A stretch of 64,000 bases of DNA from NCBI RefSeq assembly GCF_001194135.2, contig NC_069000.1, forward strand, positions 2,489,932-2,553,931. Reading direction: 5' to 3'. Below the pieces are notes generated by a model. That model was not told the origin of the DNA, ran no database searches, and was given only the letters and a program-made list of their open reading frames with translations. Within the stretch, counting starts at the first letter, position 1. Every line of letters starts with the position of its first letter. Positions 26,355 through 38,048 of the stretch are shown one piece after another. A program made the translations under genes and the position numbers. Source of the stretch: Octopus bimaculoides (taxonomy: Eukaryota).

Positions 26355-26580
26355 ACATCCTCATCATCATCATCATCAACATCCTCATCATCATATAACG
26401 TCTGCTTTCATACTGGCATCGTCCCTACGGTTGGATGCCCTTCCTAACGCCAAACCAGTCCGAGTGCGTAGTGGGTGCTTCTTACTTGCCACCGACACGG
26501 GTGCTAGCGAGCCAGCCAGCACTGGTATCGGCCACGGCTACTATTTGACTTGACTTTATAGGTCTTCTCAAGCAAAACAT
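26262..26580 (-). mobile_element. RTE-related short retroelement with (GAT)n tail
   Basis: Minus strand contains ggtttggcgttaggaagggcatccaaccgtag and ends gaaagcagacgttata followed by (TGA)n at 26262-26395. A 3' microsatellite tail is typical of RTE-clade elements and their SINEs. Confidence 0.65.
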
Positions 26581-26654
26581 ATCACACAACGTTTGAGTGT
26601 TGGTAGTTTATATACATACGTACATACATATATACATACATACATACATACATA

Positions 26655-26938
26655 CAAGTTTTATGGTATCATGGCCCATTCGCATAAGGTGTTATGTCGA
26701 GTGAGGTGTATCCAGGTTTATTTGGCTTATCTGGTATTCCTTGAAGAATTTGGTCCAGATTCCGTTTAAAGGTAATGGGATCCTTTCCTCTCTGACCTAT
26801 TTTGGGATAATATTAAATAGGGCAGGGCCTGTTGAGGAAAAGAAAATGATATGCAGTGTATGTGCCTGATGGGGTAGGGGACGTATGGCCCATGGTCCTA
26901 GCCTCGGATGAATTTTGAAACTGATTTTGAGATTCTGT
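26655..26938 (-). mobile_element. CR1/L2-group LINE, 3' end of ORF2 (decayed)
   Basis: Reads ISFKIHPRLGPWAIRP...FFSSTGPALFNIIPK*VREE/DPITFKRNLDQILQGIPDKPNKPGY with one stop and one frameshift. GPxLFNxxP...FKxxLDxxLxxIPDxP is the typical ORF2 C-terminus of CR1-group LINEs. Confidence 0.8.
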
Positions 26939-26981
<43 letters not shown>

Positions 26982-27879
26982 GTATATATATATATAGGTA
27001 CACATATATATATACGTGTACGTATATATTTGTGTGTATATATATGTGTTTATATATATGAATGTGATTATGTACATGTATATCTTGCAAATGTGCCTGG
27101 TATTATTTCCTCTGATAGATGAAAGCATTTTGTAATAGGCACATGTATGTATTTACGTGCGTGCATACGTGTGTGTCTGTGTGCTGAAACGTTCTTATGA
27201 AATATAAAAAGAAATTGTCTTATACGTTCAATATATTATCGAAATATATATGCTTGCATCATTCCACGATCAAAGATGTATAAATGGTTGCTACGTCGGA
27301 TGTGTATTTCTGTCATACTAAAACAACTCTGTTGAACAAATAACATTGATTTTGCTCAGTGGCTATGACATTTATGTAGTAACAGATAAAACCACCAGTT
27401 CGTTAGTCTTTATTACAAATCTATTGTTGCCGTATGCTATTCGTTCAGCTCGTTTTCATTTCTGATTTTTCCTTTCATCTAGCTGTTAGGCATAATAGTT
27501 ATAATTGCCGATGAGAATATCAAACGTGACATTTTTCTAACTAGTGATATATTTGTTTGTATTTCGTTTCCAGTCATAAATGTTGCAGTAAAATCCGATT
27601 ATTAGGAATACAATGGATGATATTGGAAACAGCTACAATTCCTCACTGCACAACATCCTTTGGATATGTTCCTCTATTCGACACGAAATTGAATTTCGTT
27701 TTATTATTACGCTTTTTTTTTATTCAGAAGGGAAGCAGTGGCCATGACTTATTGTAAGCTCTCCAAGAGAAGAATTTAGCTACAAGTTGTCCTGAAACTG
27801 GAGATTTGAGTGCTTGCAATAGAGCGGAATTCACTTCTAAACTTAAATTGCTAGATATTATTGTTAAACTGTGTGAGTA

Positions 27880-28105
27880 CAGTGTTCCGGGTTCAGTCCC
27901 ACTGCATAACCCATTGGGAGATGTCATCTACCAAAAGCTCGGGACGACCATATCCCCACGTGTGTGTGTGCATGTGTGGGTGAGGTGGTCTGTGTCTGCG
28001 CGCGCAAGCCTTTCCGTCTGATAGACAAACCGTGTTGGTGTATTTACGTTACCGTAACTTACCAGTTCTGCAAAAGAGCCCGGCATTACTGGTAATAGGC
28101 TTTAT
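27880..28105 (+). mobile_element. SINE family B, degenerate
   Basis: gttccgggttcagtcccactgc head, short GT tract, then ggtgtatttacgttaccgtaactt...gcaaaagag. Confidence 0.7.
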
Positions 28106-28199
28106 GTTGCGTGGAGAGTTTCGATGACTGCTGGGTTTCACAAACGGGAATACTAAAAATGAACCCGACCGCTCTCAGATATTAAGTAAAACAAACAGG

Positions 28200-28396
28200 A
28201 AAAATAAACCAGAATCCTTTTCTGGTACCGGATTGATACCAAATTCTATTCAGTTCGTGCCAGTCACGAGGCCAAGCATCACTAACAGTTTCATCCGAAG
28301 ATATCTCCATTCTTGAGATATCTTCTCCACGGACAAAGAAACAAATAAAGAAACACGAGTGAAGACAGTACCCCCGCCATCGCTCAGTCGAGGAGA
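28200..28396 (+). mobile_element. Helentron/DINE-1-like non-autonomous element (HINE-like)
   Basis: cagtttcatccgaa...ttcttgagatatcttctccacggacaaagaaacaaataaagaaacac (decayed tetranucleotide tract), then a degenerate GC-rich terminal stem-loop tacccccgccatcgctcagtcgagg. The architecture fits DINE/HINE elements. Confidence 0.45.
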
Positions 28397-29351
28397 AACG
28401 ACAAAGAATGCGGGGGATGAGGCCAACACCGGAAGGGAAATTTTGCACTGTGTTACGTATTGCGTTCTCAAAGCTTTTCCTGCATTGAAACTAAAATAAA
28501 ATACTGAAGATGATTTATGGTGCAACAATATAAATTAATTATCAAATGTTATGGAAAAGTTCGCTCTCATGCATAAAATATTACTTTCATTAAAATTATG
28601 AACATGGTTAACGTCATAAGGAATAATCTTGTAAATTCTGGGGAGTCTCTAAAACGCGCGATCCTCGTTAAAAGACGCGAGCGTGAGTGGGTTTTAAGAA
28701 ACGTTTATACATACATATATAAATACAAACATACATACACACACATAAATACACACATACACAGACATGTATATGTGTGTGAGTGTGAGTGATTATGTGT
28801 GTGTGCGTGTCTACAAGAGGTAATTTGTGCAAGATTGGTTAATTAGAGAGTTCGTATTGAATAAAATATCACCAACTGAAGAACTAATATCGGAGAAACT
28901 TTCCCAGCAAATTAATCCTTTAACCATTACATTTCGTCTACTTTTCTTGGGATACTTGCCAATCTGATTCTTAGGCCAGACCAATTATTTCATTTAAAAC
29001 TTCCTGAGGCGTTCAATCCACAAATAGATTATTTATCTGATCTAATCAAAATTTGCTTTGGACAATTTAGTGAGGAGACAGACGTTAAAAAAGGAAAAAA
29101 AAAAAAAAAGAGTGAGAAAGTGAGAATGATGAAATAGAAAAGAAAAAAATAGTGCGTGTTTGCTATTGGGTTGATGGTAATTTCTGGTAGAAAATTCTAT
29201 TTTTCTAAACACAAATCGTTGAAATTAAGGGAATAAATCTATTTCTATCATTAGGTTATCAAATGAAATTTCTTTCTAGCTCTGTAAAAACAAAAACAAA
29301 AACAAAGAGAAAAACAAAAATGATTCGATTAAATATGGGTCTGCTTGATTA

Positions 29352-29395
<44 letters not shown>

Positions 29396-29842
29396 ATATA
29401 GGTACATATATATATAATGTACGTATATATATATATATATATATATGTATATAACGGCTTTATTGATCATATGCTAAAGTGTCTCTGTAAATATATCTAT
29501 ATTTACAGACAATCATTCGAATTTCATATTAAACAGATAAATATTTCTGTTTAATAATAAGATTGTAACTAGGAGTTTTCTCTCTTTCGAATGACTTATG
29601 AGGGTTTCCGATAATATCCCAGATGTCTTGGTTCTACACTTGATTCAATGGCAATTAGTCCTGAATATAGTCGCAGTTTGTTGTAAGTATTATTATTGGT
29701 GTTGATATGGTTTTTGTTGTTTAACCTTAGCTAACTCGTGTTATATCAACCCTGTCACCTTTGTTGTTTTGACGAGTTGCCAATTCCTATGCTCCTTTTG
29801 TTTAGAGAAAAATATTGATATGTCTTTTCACCATCTAATGCT

Positions 29843-30035
29843 TCCGTGATTAGCCTGCGGGCATGTCTGGGAACTGCCGTCTTTGGTTTAGTCAAGCAAA
29901 TCGATTCCAGTATTTATCTTTAAAGTCTTGTAATATTCTATCGATCATGTTGTCCAAACTGTGACACAAACACTCCTCACCGGCTGTCAGTCGTTGGGTT
30001 GGAGAGACCGTCATAAACATAAAGAACACATACAT
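29843..30035 (-). mobile_element. SINE family B, degenerate 3' half
   Basis: gcctgcgggcatgtctgggaactgcc...ttagtcaagcaaatcgattccag...attctatcg...caaacactcctcaccggctgtca. Confidence 0.6.
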
Positions 30036-30315
30036 GCACACACATACACATTTATATGTATACTGATACATGGATAGATCGATAGATAGATAGGTAAGAT
30101 ATATACACACATATACATACATTAATATAAAAGTACATGCACTCATATATTCTAAGTTCAGCGCTTTGGAACTGGACTTGAAACTTCTTACTACACGACC
30201 TTTTGTCTTCAGATTATTTAGGGTACTTTATTTAAGATGAGCCACTTGTTCTTAAATTCAAAGACAATCTAGGAGAAAATAATGAACTGCAATATTTTAA
30301 TATTTAGGAGCGTAT

Positions 30316-30453
30316 ACCGCCGAGATCGACTTTGCCTTTCATTATATCGGGATCGATAAATTAAGCACCAGTTGCGTACTGCGGTACATCTAAACGACTG
30401 CCCCCCCCGTCACTCCCCCAAAATTTCCGGCCTTGTGTCTAGAGTAAAAAGAA
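30316..30453 (+). mobile_element. SINE family A, 3' two-thirds
   Basis: ccgccgagatcgactttgcctttcat...tcgataaattaagcaccagttgcgtactg...ggccttgtgtctagagtaaaaag is the reverse complement of 40148-40280. Confidence 0.85.
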
Positions 30454-31288
30454 TATTTAGGAACTTATTTTCAAATGTAATTTTGATAGAGTACATATAA
30501 GAAACATTTCGCCTATGTGAGCTTCCTTTTTTTTTCCAGGTTTTCTATTAGGTTGCATATATACACAAACACACAAACACACACACACACACACACTTAC
30601 ATATATATACATGTAAGAATCACCTAGCTTGTTTGTACATATATGCATAAATTTTGTCGTATTTGTCTCCCCAAAAATAGGATGTCATACTATTTTATCA
30701 CACGATTGTTTCTTTTATAAACTGATAAAGTTGATATACATATCGTCAGTTAAATTATTTTTATTCTTATGTCTATTGAAATTATTAATTAATTGAACAG
30801 CAAGCAAATATGATTGTTTTTTAATTATAGTATCATTGATATTATTTAACTCATGAAAATATTTAAATTAATTTTAATTTAGTTTCATCGAAATATTGAT
30901 TAATTCATTCAGCAAAATTAATTTAATATTTAAAAAATATATATATATCGCTTCATACGATTCTGTTAGATTGAAGCAAAGAATTGTTCCACCAAACAAT
31001 ACCAGTATATTTATATAATGAAATATTTAATGACAGAAATTCAATGCCTAATTAGAAAATTTAAACTGGAAACGGTTGGGAGAGGTACTTACAATTAATC
31101 ACAGATTTATTCGGAAGTATCTAAGTGTATGTGTGTATACGTGTGTATATGTGCGTATATGCCCGTACACACCCACTCATGCACACATGTATGCATGCAT
31201 ATGTATATATATATATATGTGTGTGTGTGTATAAATATATAAATCTGTATACATGCGTACATTGAATGCACATATATACATACATATA

Positions 31289-31325
<37 letters not shown>

Positions 31326-31956
31326 ATGTATGTATAAGTGAGAAAGTGTAGTTGAGAGAGAGGAGAGCAAAAAGCACTTGTGTAAAATGGAAATGCTTTT
31401 ATATTCGAACATATACGTTTTTAAGCAACGAATCGCACAAGAAATATAGTTTATAATTCAATTCAGTGTAATTGTAATATTTTCTGTATTCTGTACATCT
31501 CAAAAACACATAAGTAGAGGCACACTATTAGAATGTAGTAATGTAAAACAAATAGTTTTTAAATCAAAGGCAATATTTTTATATTATATAAACATAAAGC
31601 TAATCACATCTAAAAGTGCTCCTTGTTCCATTTATATTAATTATGAATTGTTAACTGAGTGAGTATATTTGCATATTTTTGTTTCATGCCTATAGATCAT
31701 TATCGTCTCGACGTACGCAAAGACACTTGTGAACATAAAAGCATATTGTAGTTAATCATTGATATATTGTCTTAATATGCATAGGAAAATATACGGCATC
31801 ATTTGCTAGTGCTTAATTATATTCTCCATTAGTCATTTGTTAATCCATTATAACTACGATTTATATTTGTTTTCCTTCTCCTTTGTAAATCGGACTCACG
31901 TCAAAAGACGGTTTTATATAAATATATGAATAGTATGTATATTTGTGTCATTTATC

Positions 31957-32033
31957 TTTTACTTGTTTTAGTCATTAGGCTGCTATCAAGCTGTGTACCA
32001 CCTGGAATGTTTTAGTCGAACAGTCAGCACCAG
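31957..32033 (-). mobile_element. SINE family B, 3' fragment
   Basis: ttttacttgttttagtcattaggctgc...ttttagtcgaac. Confidence 0.55.
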
Positions 32034-32034
32034 T

Positions 32035-32070
32035 ATATATTTGTACATATATTTGTACATATATTTGTAG
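32035..32070. repeat. 12-bp tandem repeat (ATATATTTGTAC)x3
   Basis: Three copies, the last with C>G. Confidence 0.9.
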
Positions 32071-32136
32071 ATTTTTTATAAGCGTAATCTATCAACCTCA
32101 CAGATATACATGCATAATCGCGCCTCTCTCTCTGTC

Positions 32137-32169
<33 letters not shown>

Positions 32170-32173
<4 letters not shown>

Positions 32174-33380
32174 GTATGAGTGGTGATGGTATCGAGAAGA
32201 TCCAAGGTGGGAGATGAAGCTGTGGAAGTGCTATAGGTGAACCGCAGGTAAACTCTCGATTGGATAATAAAATTACTGAGGTGTTTAATAAGGGCCTTGT
32301 ATGAGCATGTATAAATTAAATAAAATGAAACAACAAAGCCAAGGCTGTGTGGAAATTGTCAGAACATTTATGAAGAGAAAGTTAGTCTTACAGCTGTTTC
32401 TGGGATATTAGGGATATTCCTTCATCAGAGATGATGTGAGATGGTTCAATAGAGTGAAAGGGGAATAGTAGAGTTCAGTATAAGGAGTTAGTTTGGAAAA
32501 GGATGGGAATAAGAAGTCTAAAGGGAAATAAGAGAATACAAATAAAAAGAAAGATATATGTAGGATGTTATAGTTGCAGCTCCATTATCCAAAGAAAGTG
32601 GTGTGTAGAAGTGGTAGAAATGCTTCTTGTCCATGGTATGTAAATTCTTATAGGAGTTCATATTTTGTTATTACAACTGGAAAGTGTAGAGACGTAGATT
32701 TCATAAGTTGTTCATTCAAAGGGGTCTCGTGGTGAGAATGAAATTAATTTTGAGAATGCAATCGTAATATTCAGTAGATATAGAGGGGAGAAAAGATGTG
32801 TATGTTAAAGTGAGGGCACAATTTTCTGAAGCCATCCCTCCACATTAGTATCTTTCAAACATATTACACCACCACCCATTCCTCACATATATTCATTCCT
32901 TACATTCTTATCTCTTCCTATCCCTCTCCTACTCCTCTCTCATTCCACCATAATACCTTGACCGCCAACTAACACCCATTTTTCATTTCCTTCCGGTTTC
33001 TTTCTTTCTTCTTTACTCACCTATTCCTTTTGACGATTTTCCTCATTTTAACATACACATATTTTCTCTCCTCTCTATCGTAAAATTTCATTCACACCAC
33101 AAGACCCCTTTGAATGAACAACACATGGAATCTAGGTTTACACACTTTCCATTTGTAATAACAAAATATGAACCCCTACCGGAATTTACATACAGTGGAC
33201 AAGAAGCATTTGTACCACTTCTGCACACCACTTTACTTGGATAATGGAACTCAACTTTAACATCCTAAATTTACTTTTATTTCCTTATTTCCCTTAATAC
33301 TTATTTCCATCCTTTTTCAAAATAACTTCTTATATTGTACTCTACTACTTCTATCTATGTAACCCTTTCACATCCTCTCT
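32170..33380. mobile_element. Putative Penelope-like element pseudo-LTR remnants in inverted arrangement
   Basis: The arm at 32428-32816 is a diverged reverse complement of 33040-33380. A minimal hammerhead motif abuts the left arm. No RT or GIY-YIG coding sequence was recognised, so the PLE assignment is inferred. Confidence 0.55.
32384..32434 (-). ncRNA. Minimal type-I hammerhead ribozyme-like motif (degenerate)
   Basis: Minus strand: catct-CTGATGA-AGGAATAT-ccctaa-ATATCCCA-GAAAC-AGCT-GTA-agact. Intact core, palindromic ACAGCTGT at helix III, mismatches in helices I and II. Confidence 0.6.
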
Positions 33381-33497
33381 GGCGGAATGGTTAGCACGCG
33401 GGAAAATACGCGGCATTTCGTCTGTCTTTAGGTCTGAGTTCAAATCTTTATGCTTTTCTTCCCCTTCGCGGCTGATAAATACCAGTTCACTACTATG
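33379..33497 (+). mobile_element. SINE family A, 5' part with internal deletions
   Basis: ctggcggaatggttagcacgcgggaaaatacgcggcatttcgtctgtcttta..tctgagttcaaat matches the reverse complement of 43845-43912. Confidence 0.75.
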
Positions 33498-34349
33498 TTT
33501 TATGTACTCTAATAGCACCGTCCCCACAAAATTTCTATGGCATTCCTTTCTCACTACTGTTGAAAAAATTCTTGTCATAACACTTTACGAAGATTATGTT
33601 TTAAAACAGGTTTCATTTCACCAAAAATTTCCTCTAAATTTGCACATCACCTGTAAGACGAACGCTTCAAATTCTTGCTCGAGTTTTCAGTTAGTCAAAT
33701 GAAGCAGAACTAACAGCGAAATTTCTTTTATATGCTGCTGGAATCTCATTTTCTTTAGTTACGTTTTCTTTAATTGGATAGAATATGCTTGAAACTTTCA
33801 GAGTCCTTAATGGAATTCGTTTTAGGTTGCAATCTTCCATCCACAAACATGAAAATGTAAAAAAAGACTTACATTTCAATCAAGATCCTGCGTTTGTTCC
33901 TTGTTGTTTACGCACCTGAAATTGATGCAGCTTCACGTTTTCCTTCCAGCCATCAATTCTTATAATGATTGTTGTCTTCATTCTCAAGTCTCACACTAAG
34001 TATGTTTTACTGCAGCAGGTTTATGTCGTTAAGTTATATAACTTCCAATTAATCATCGATACTTAAGAAATTTCTCTTTTTAACATCAGCACTTTCGTCG
34101 TTAATTATTGTTTTCATTTACTGATATTGAGGTTTACATTACCTGATGTACTACGCTAGGGAGGTGTAGCACGATAAATTATTTGAATGTACGAAACGTG
34201 CAACGAAAACACGATTTAGAATATCACAGTACGAAATTCTATGTGTTTAAAAGTTGAAAAAAATACAATTATAAAATGTCCGCATGCTGTTTCAAGTTAA
34301 TAGTCATCTAACTACAGATACACCTACATATCGCCACACCACCCCACAG

Positions 34350-34352
<3 letters not shown>

Positions 34353-34411
<59 letters not shown>

Positions 34412-34480
34412 NNNNNNNNNNNNNNNNNNNNNNNNNNNNNNNNNNNNNNNNNNNNNNNNNNNNNNNNNNNNNNNNNNNNN

Positions 34481-34540
<60 letters not shown>
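34353..34540. repeat. (GA)n with gap
   Basis: Gap at 34412-34480. Confidence 0.95.
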
Positions 34541-34737
34541 GCAGGCTGATAGATACATTGATAGATAGATATATGTTGTGATTGTATGTGTATGCTAGCA
34601 AGTAATATGGCAGATAAAGACAAACAAGCTTAAGGAGTATATGTACATGGATTAGAAATACAGGAAGGGAAAATGTAATAGAATATTCTGGAGTGGAATA
34701 AAGTTCTCCTTGATAGAAGTACATATCACATTAGACG

Positions 34738-34818
34738 CAGGAGTGACCGTGTGGTAAGTAGCCTTGTGAGTGGATTTGGTAGACGAGACGGAAACTGAAG
34801 AAGCCCGTCGTATATATG

Positions 34819-34878
<60 letters not shown>

Positions 34879-35032
34879 NNNNNNNNNNTGTTCCCCAACA
34901 TCGCTTGACAGCCTATGGTGGTGTATTTACGTCCCCGTAACTTCGCGGTTCGGCAAAAGACACCGATAGAATAAGTACTAGCCTTCCAAAGAATAAATCC
35001 TGGGGTCGATTTGCTCGAGTAAAGGCGGTGCT
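34738..35032 (+). mobile_element. SINE family B, well-conserved copy with deleted head segment and internal (TA)n
   Basis: ggagtgaccgtgtggtaagtagc|cttgtgagtggatttggtagacg...gaagcccgtcgtatatat...cttgacagcc...gtcgatttgctcgagtaaaggcggtgct. Confidence 0.9.
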
Positions 35033-36171
35033 ATATGTTGTGCGTAGTTAGATAGTTGAGTAAATAGCTATCTAGATAGATATAAGCAGCTTGCTAATGC
35101 ATAAATGAGCCTGTGTATGGGAAATATATATTCTATTAACATGTAAAAAAATATCATTAGTACATAACACCAACCTACATAAATTAAAATTCGCGTTACT
35201 TTACAAAAAATAGCTTCATACACACACACTGACGCTGAATGAAAGTTCTGGACATATTTTCGAAGTATTTTGTGAAACGAATTTGGCATCGGACAGATTA
35301 TGCAGTTTCGTACGTTATTCAGTTTTCGTCAAAGTTCACTGATTGCGCTAATTAACTCACTTAAATCTACTAATGAAGTGAGTGAACTAAGGGAAAACTT
35401 CCACGTATAGATATAAGAGTTTGATAATCTGAAAACAAGAGGGCAAAATTAGTGATCCACGACGAGAAAATTAAAAAGAAAATGAAGCATGAAATATGAA
35501 ATAAGTTCTATATTGTGACTTTGTTATGCCACCATAAACTTGGCCCGTATTTATAATGCATATAGACACATATACACACACATACATATATGGAATCGGA
35601 AGTGAACGATTTCGGCAGTGCAGTTTTTTAGTTATCCGGATATGAAAACATGTACACATTTTCACATCAGTTTGTAACTAATTTAAAGGCATCGTCTTTT
35701 ATATTTCTACGTCCGTTAAGGCAATGCAATGCAAATAGTAAACAAAAAATGAGAAAAGGAACAAAAATTAAAATAAGCATAGAAGATCAGCAATTTATTA
35801 TACAGCATATATACATGGAAGGCGCTTCTTACCTCTATTAAATTAAGCACCATGAGACTATAGGGCACCACCTTTATTTATCAGATACTGAACACTTCTT
35901 TTCTCATAATATTCTGTTTCTCTCTTTTTCTTCCTTCTTTCTTCCCCATTTTCATTTTCTTCTGTGCTTTTTATTTTCTTTCAATACATTATGTACAAGA
36001 ATGGACATTACATCCATACAAGCTATTAAACATTCGCACAAATGAAATAAAGTGTATGTAAAGAGTCGAAAACAAATTAATATTGCTGACATTAACATTG
36101 GTTAAATTTATATGATTTGATTTGAAGATGTACACTTATAAAACCACATTAAATATTCATACTATACCAGA

Positions 36172-36300
<129 letters not shown>

Positions 36301-37818
36301 AATAACTATGTGTATGTATGTGCATGTGTATATAAACAACATACGCATTATTGTAGGATCATTTGACCTTTGTTGTATTTCTAACTAAATCTACAACGGA
36401 AAAACTTATATTTTCTTCACCATGAACTTAATTTCAATGGGGAGGAACTTAAGGGCAGACAATACAAAACACTGAGGGAAATTAGCATGGTGGATTTAGT
36501 GCGTATGTTAGGATTCTTTTATTGCAGAAGATGTTCATGAAGCATTGTAGATGACCATAGATATTTATAAATACATACACAAGTATGTCGTATAAGGTTA
36601 TTTATAATATGAGCGTGTGCGTGTCTGTGTGTATGTATAACATTGGTAAGCCTTGGTCCCCCAACTCACTGAGGGATTGGTAGGTGCACAGATTTTACAT
36701 TCCCTTTGCGGTGGTCAGTTTTGAAGACCTGATGGAATCCAATCATCTACAAGTTTGCCTGCCACCAATTTCTATGAAAAGGGGAAATTCCTGACGGAAA
36801 ACGAGAAATATGGTATGTTAATAGTAAAACACTAACTTTATTGATTTCACAAGAATAGAAGTCACGAATGGGAGTGAAGAATGGATTTCATCAACTCGCA
36901 TATATATATATATATATTTATATATAGGTACACTCACATACGCACACACATATGTATACATACATGCATACATAAGAATGACTTACATACAATTTGCACC
37001 CACAAAATTTGATCAGAAGGCAGTAGTTGGCTCAGTGCTACATTTGAAATCTACGCCTGGTGTTCGGGTTCTTTCAAATATGCGTACGTAAGCATTTGTA
37101 GGTATGAATACATGCGTGCATGTATTCCTTCGCAGATGCGCGTTGTCTGTGATAAGTAATCAATAATTACAGCATGAAATGGTTTCACTTAATTTCATCA
37201 CGTCCCGTTCTTCATTATCAGTGCTCAATCTGAGTATTTCGCATCAACCAGAAGGAAATCTGGAAATATATCGATGCAGAAACTAATAATTCTATCTGAA
37301 ATACTTCAGACCATAACACTAAAAAAGAAGGATAGATAAACAGACAGATAGGTAGAGAAAGAGAGAGAGAAGGGGGAAGAGACAGATAAAACTCCCAAAC
37401 GTAAACCTGATTTATTTCCCGCTTGTACAAAATTAGCTATAAAACTATCATGATCAACACAATGTGAAATGCGAATGGGTGTCAAGCACAAGAATTCTTT
37501 TTACAATGTAAGAAATGTATCACGTGTTATTGTATTATATCTCCTAATAAGGTTTACAAAAAAGTTTGTGTAAAACTAAGCATTCCCTATGTTTCCAAGA
37601 ATTAAAATATATGGCTTATATTAAACACACTCCAAAACGGAAAGGAAGACACGACTGACCATGATAGGACTAACAACATACAACATATACATACATACAT
37701 ACATGCATCTCTCTCTCTCTCTCTCTCTCTCTCNNNNNNNNNNATATATAAATATGCAATTCACACACACATATATATGTGTGTGTGTGTGTGTATGCAT
37801 GTATGTATGTGTAGCCGA

Positions 37819-38048
37819 AGGAGTGGCTATGTGGTAAGTAGCTTCCTCACCAGCCACATGGTTTCGGATTCGGTTCCACTGCGTGACACCTTGGGCAAGT
37901 GTCCTCTACTATAGACCCGAGTTGATCAAAGCCTTGTGACTACCTGTGTTTGTTCCTCCACTATAGCTTGACAACTGAAGTTGTTATGTTTACGCCCCCG
38001 TAAATTAGCGGTTCGGCAAAACATACCGATACGATAAGTATTAGTTTT
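37819..38048 (+). mobile_element. SINE family B with central (microsatellite) segment deleted
   Basis: ggagtggctatgtggtaagtagc...ccttgggcaagtgtcctctactatag...aaagccttgtga joined to gtgtttgttcc...cgtaaattagcggttcggcaaaa. Confidence 0.85.
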
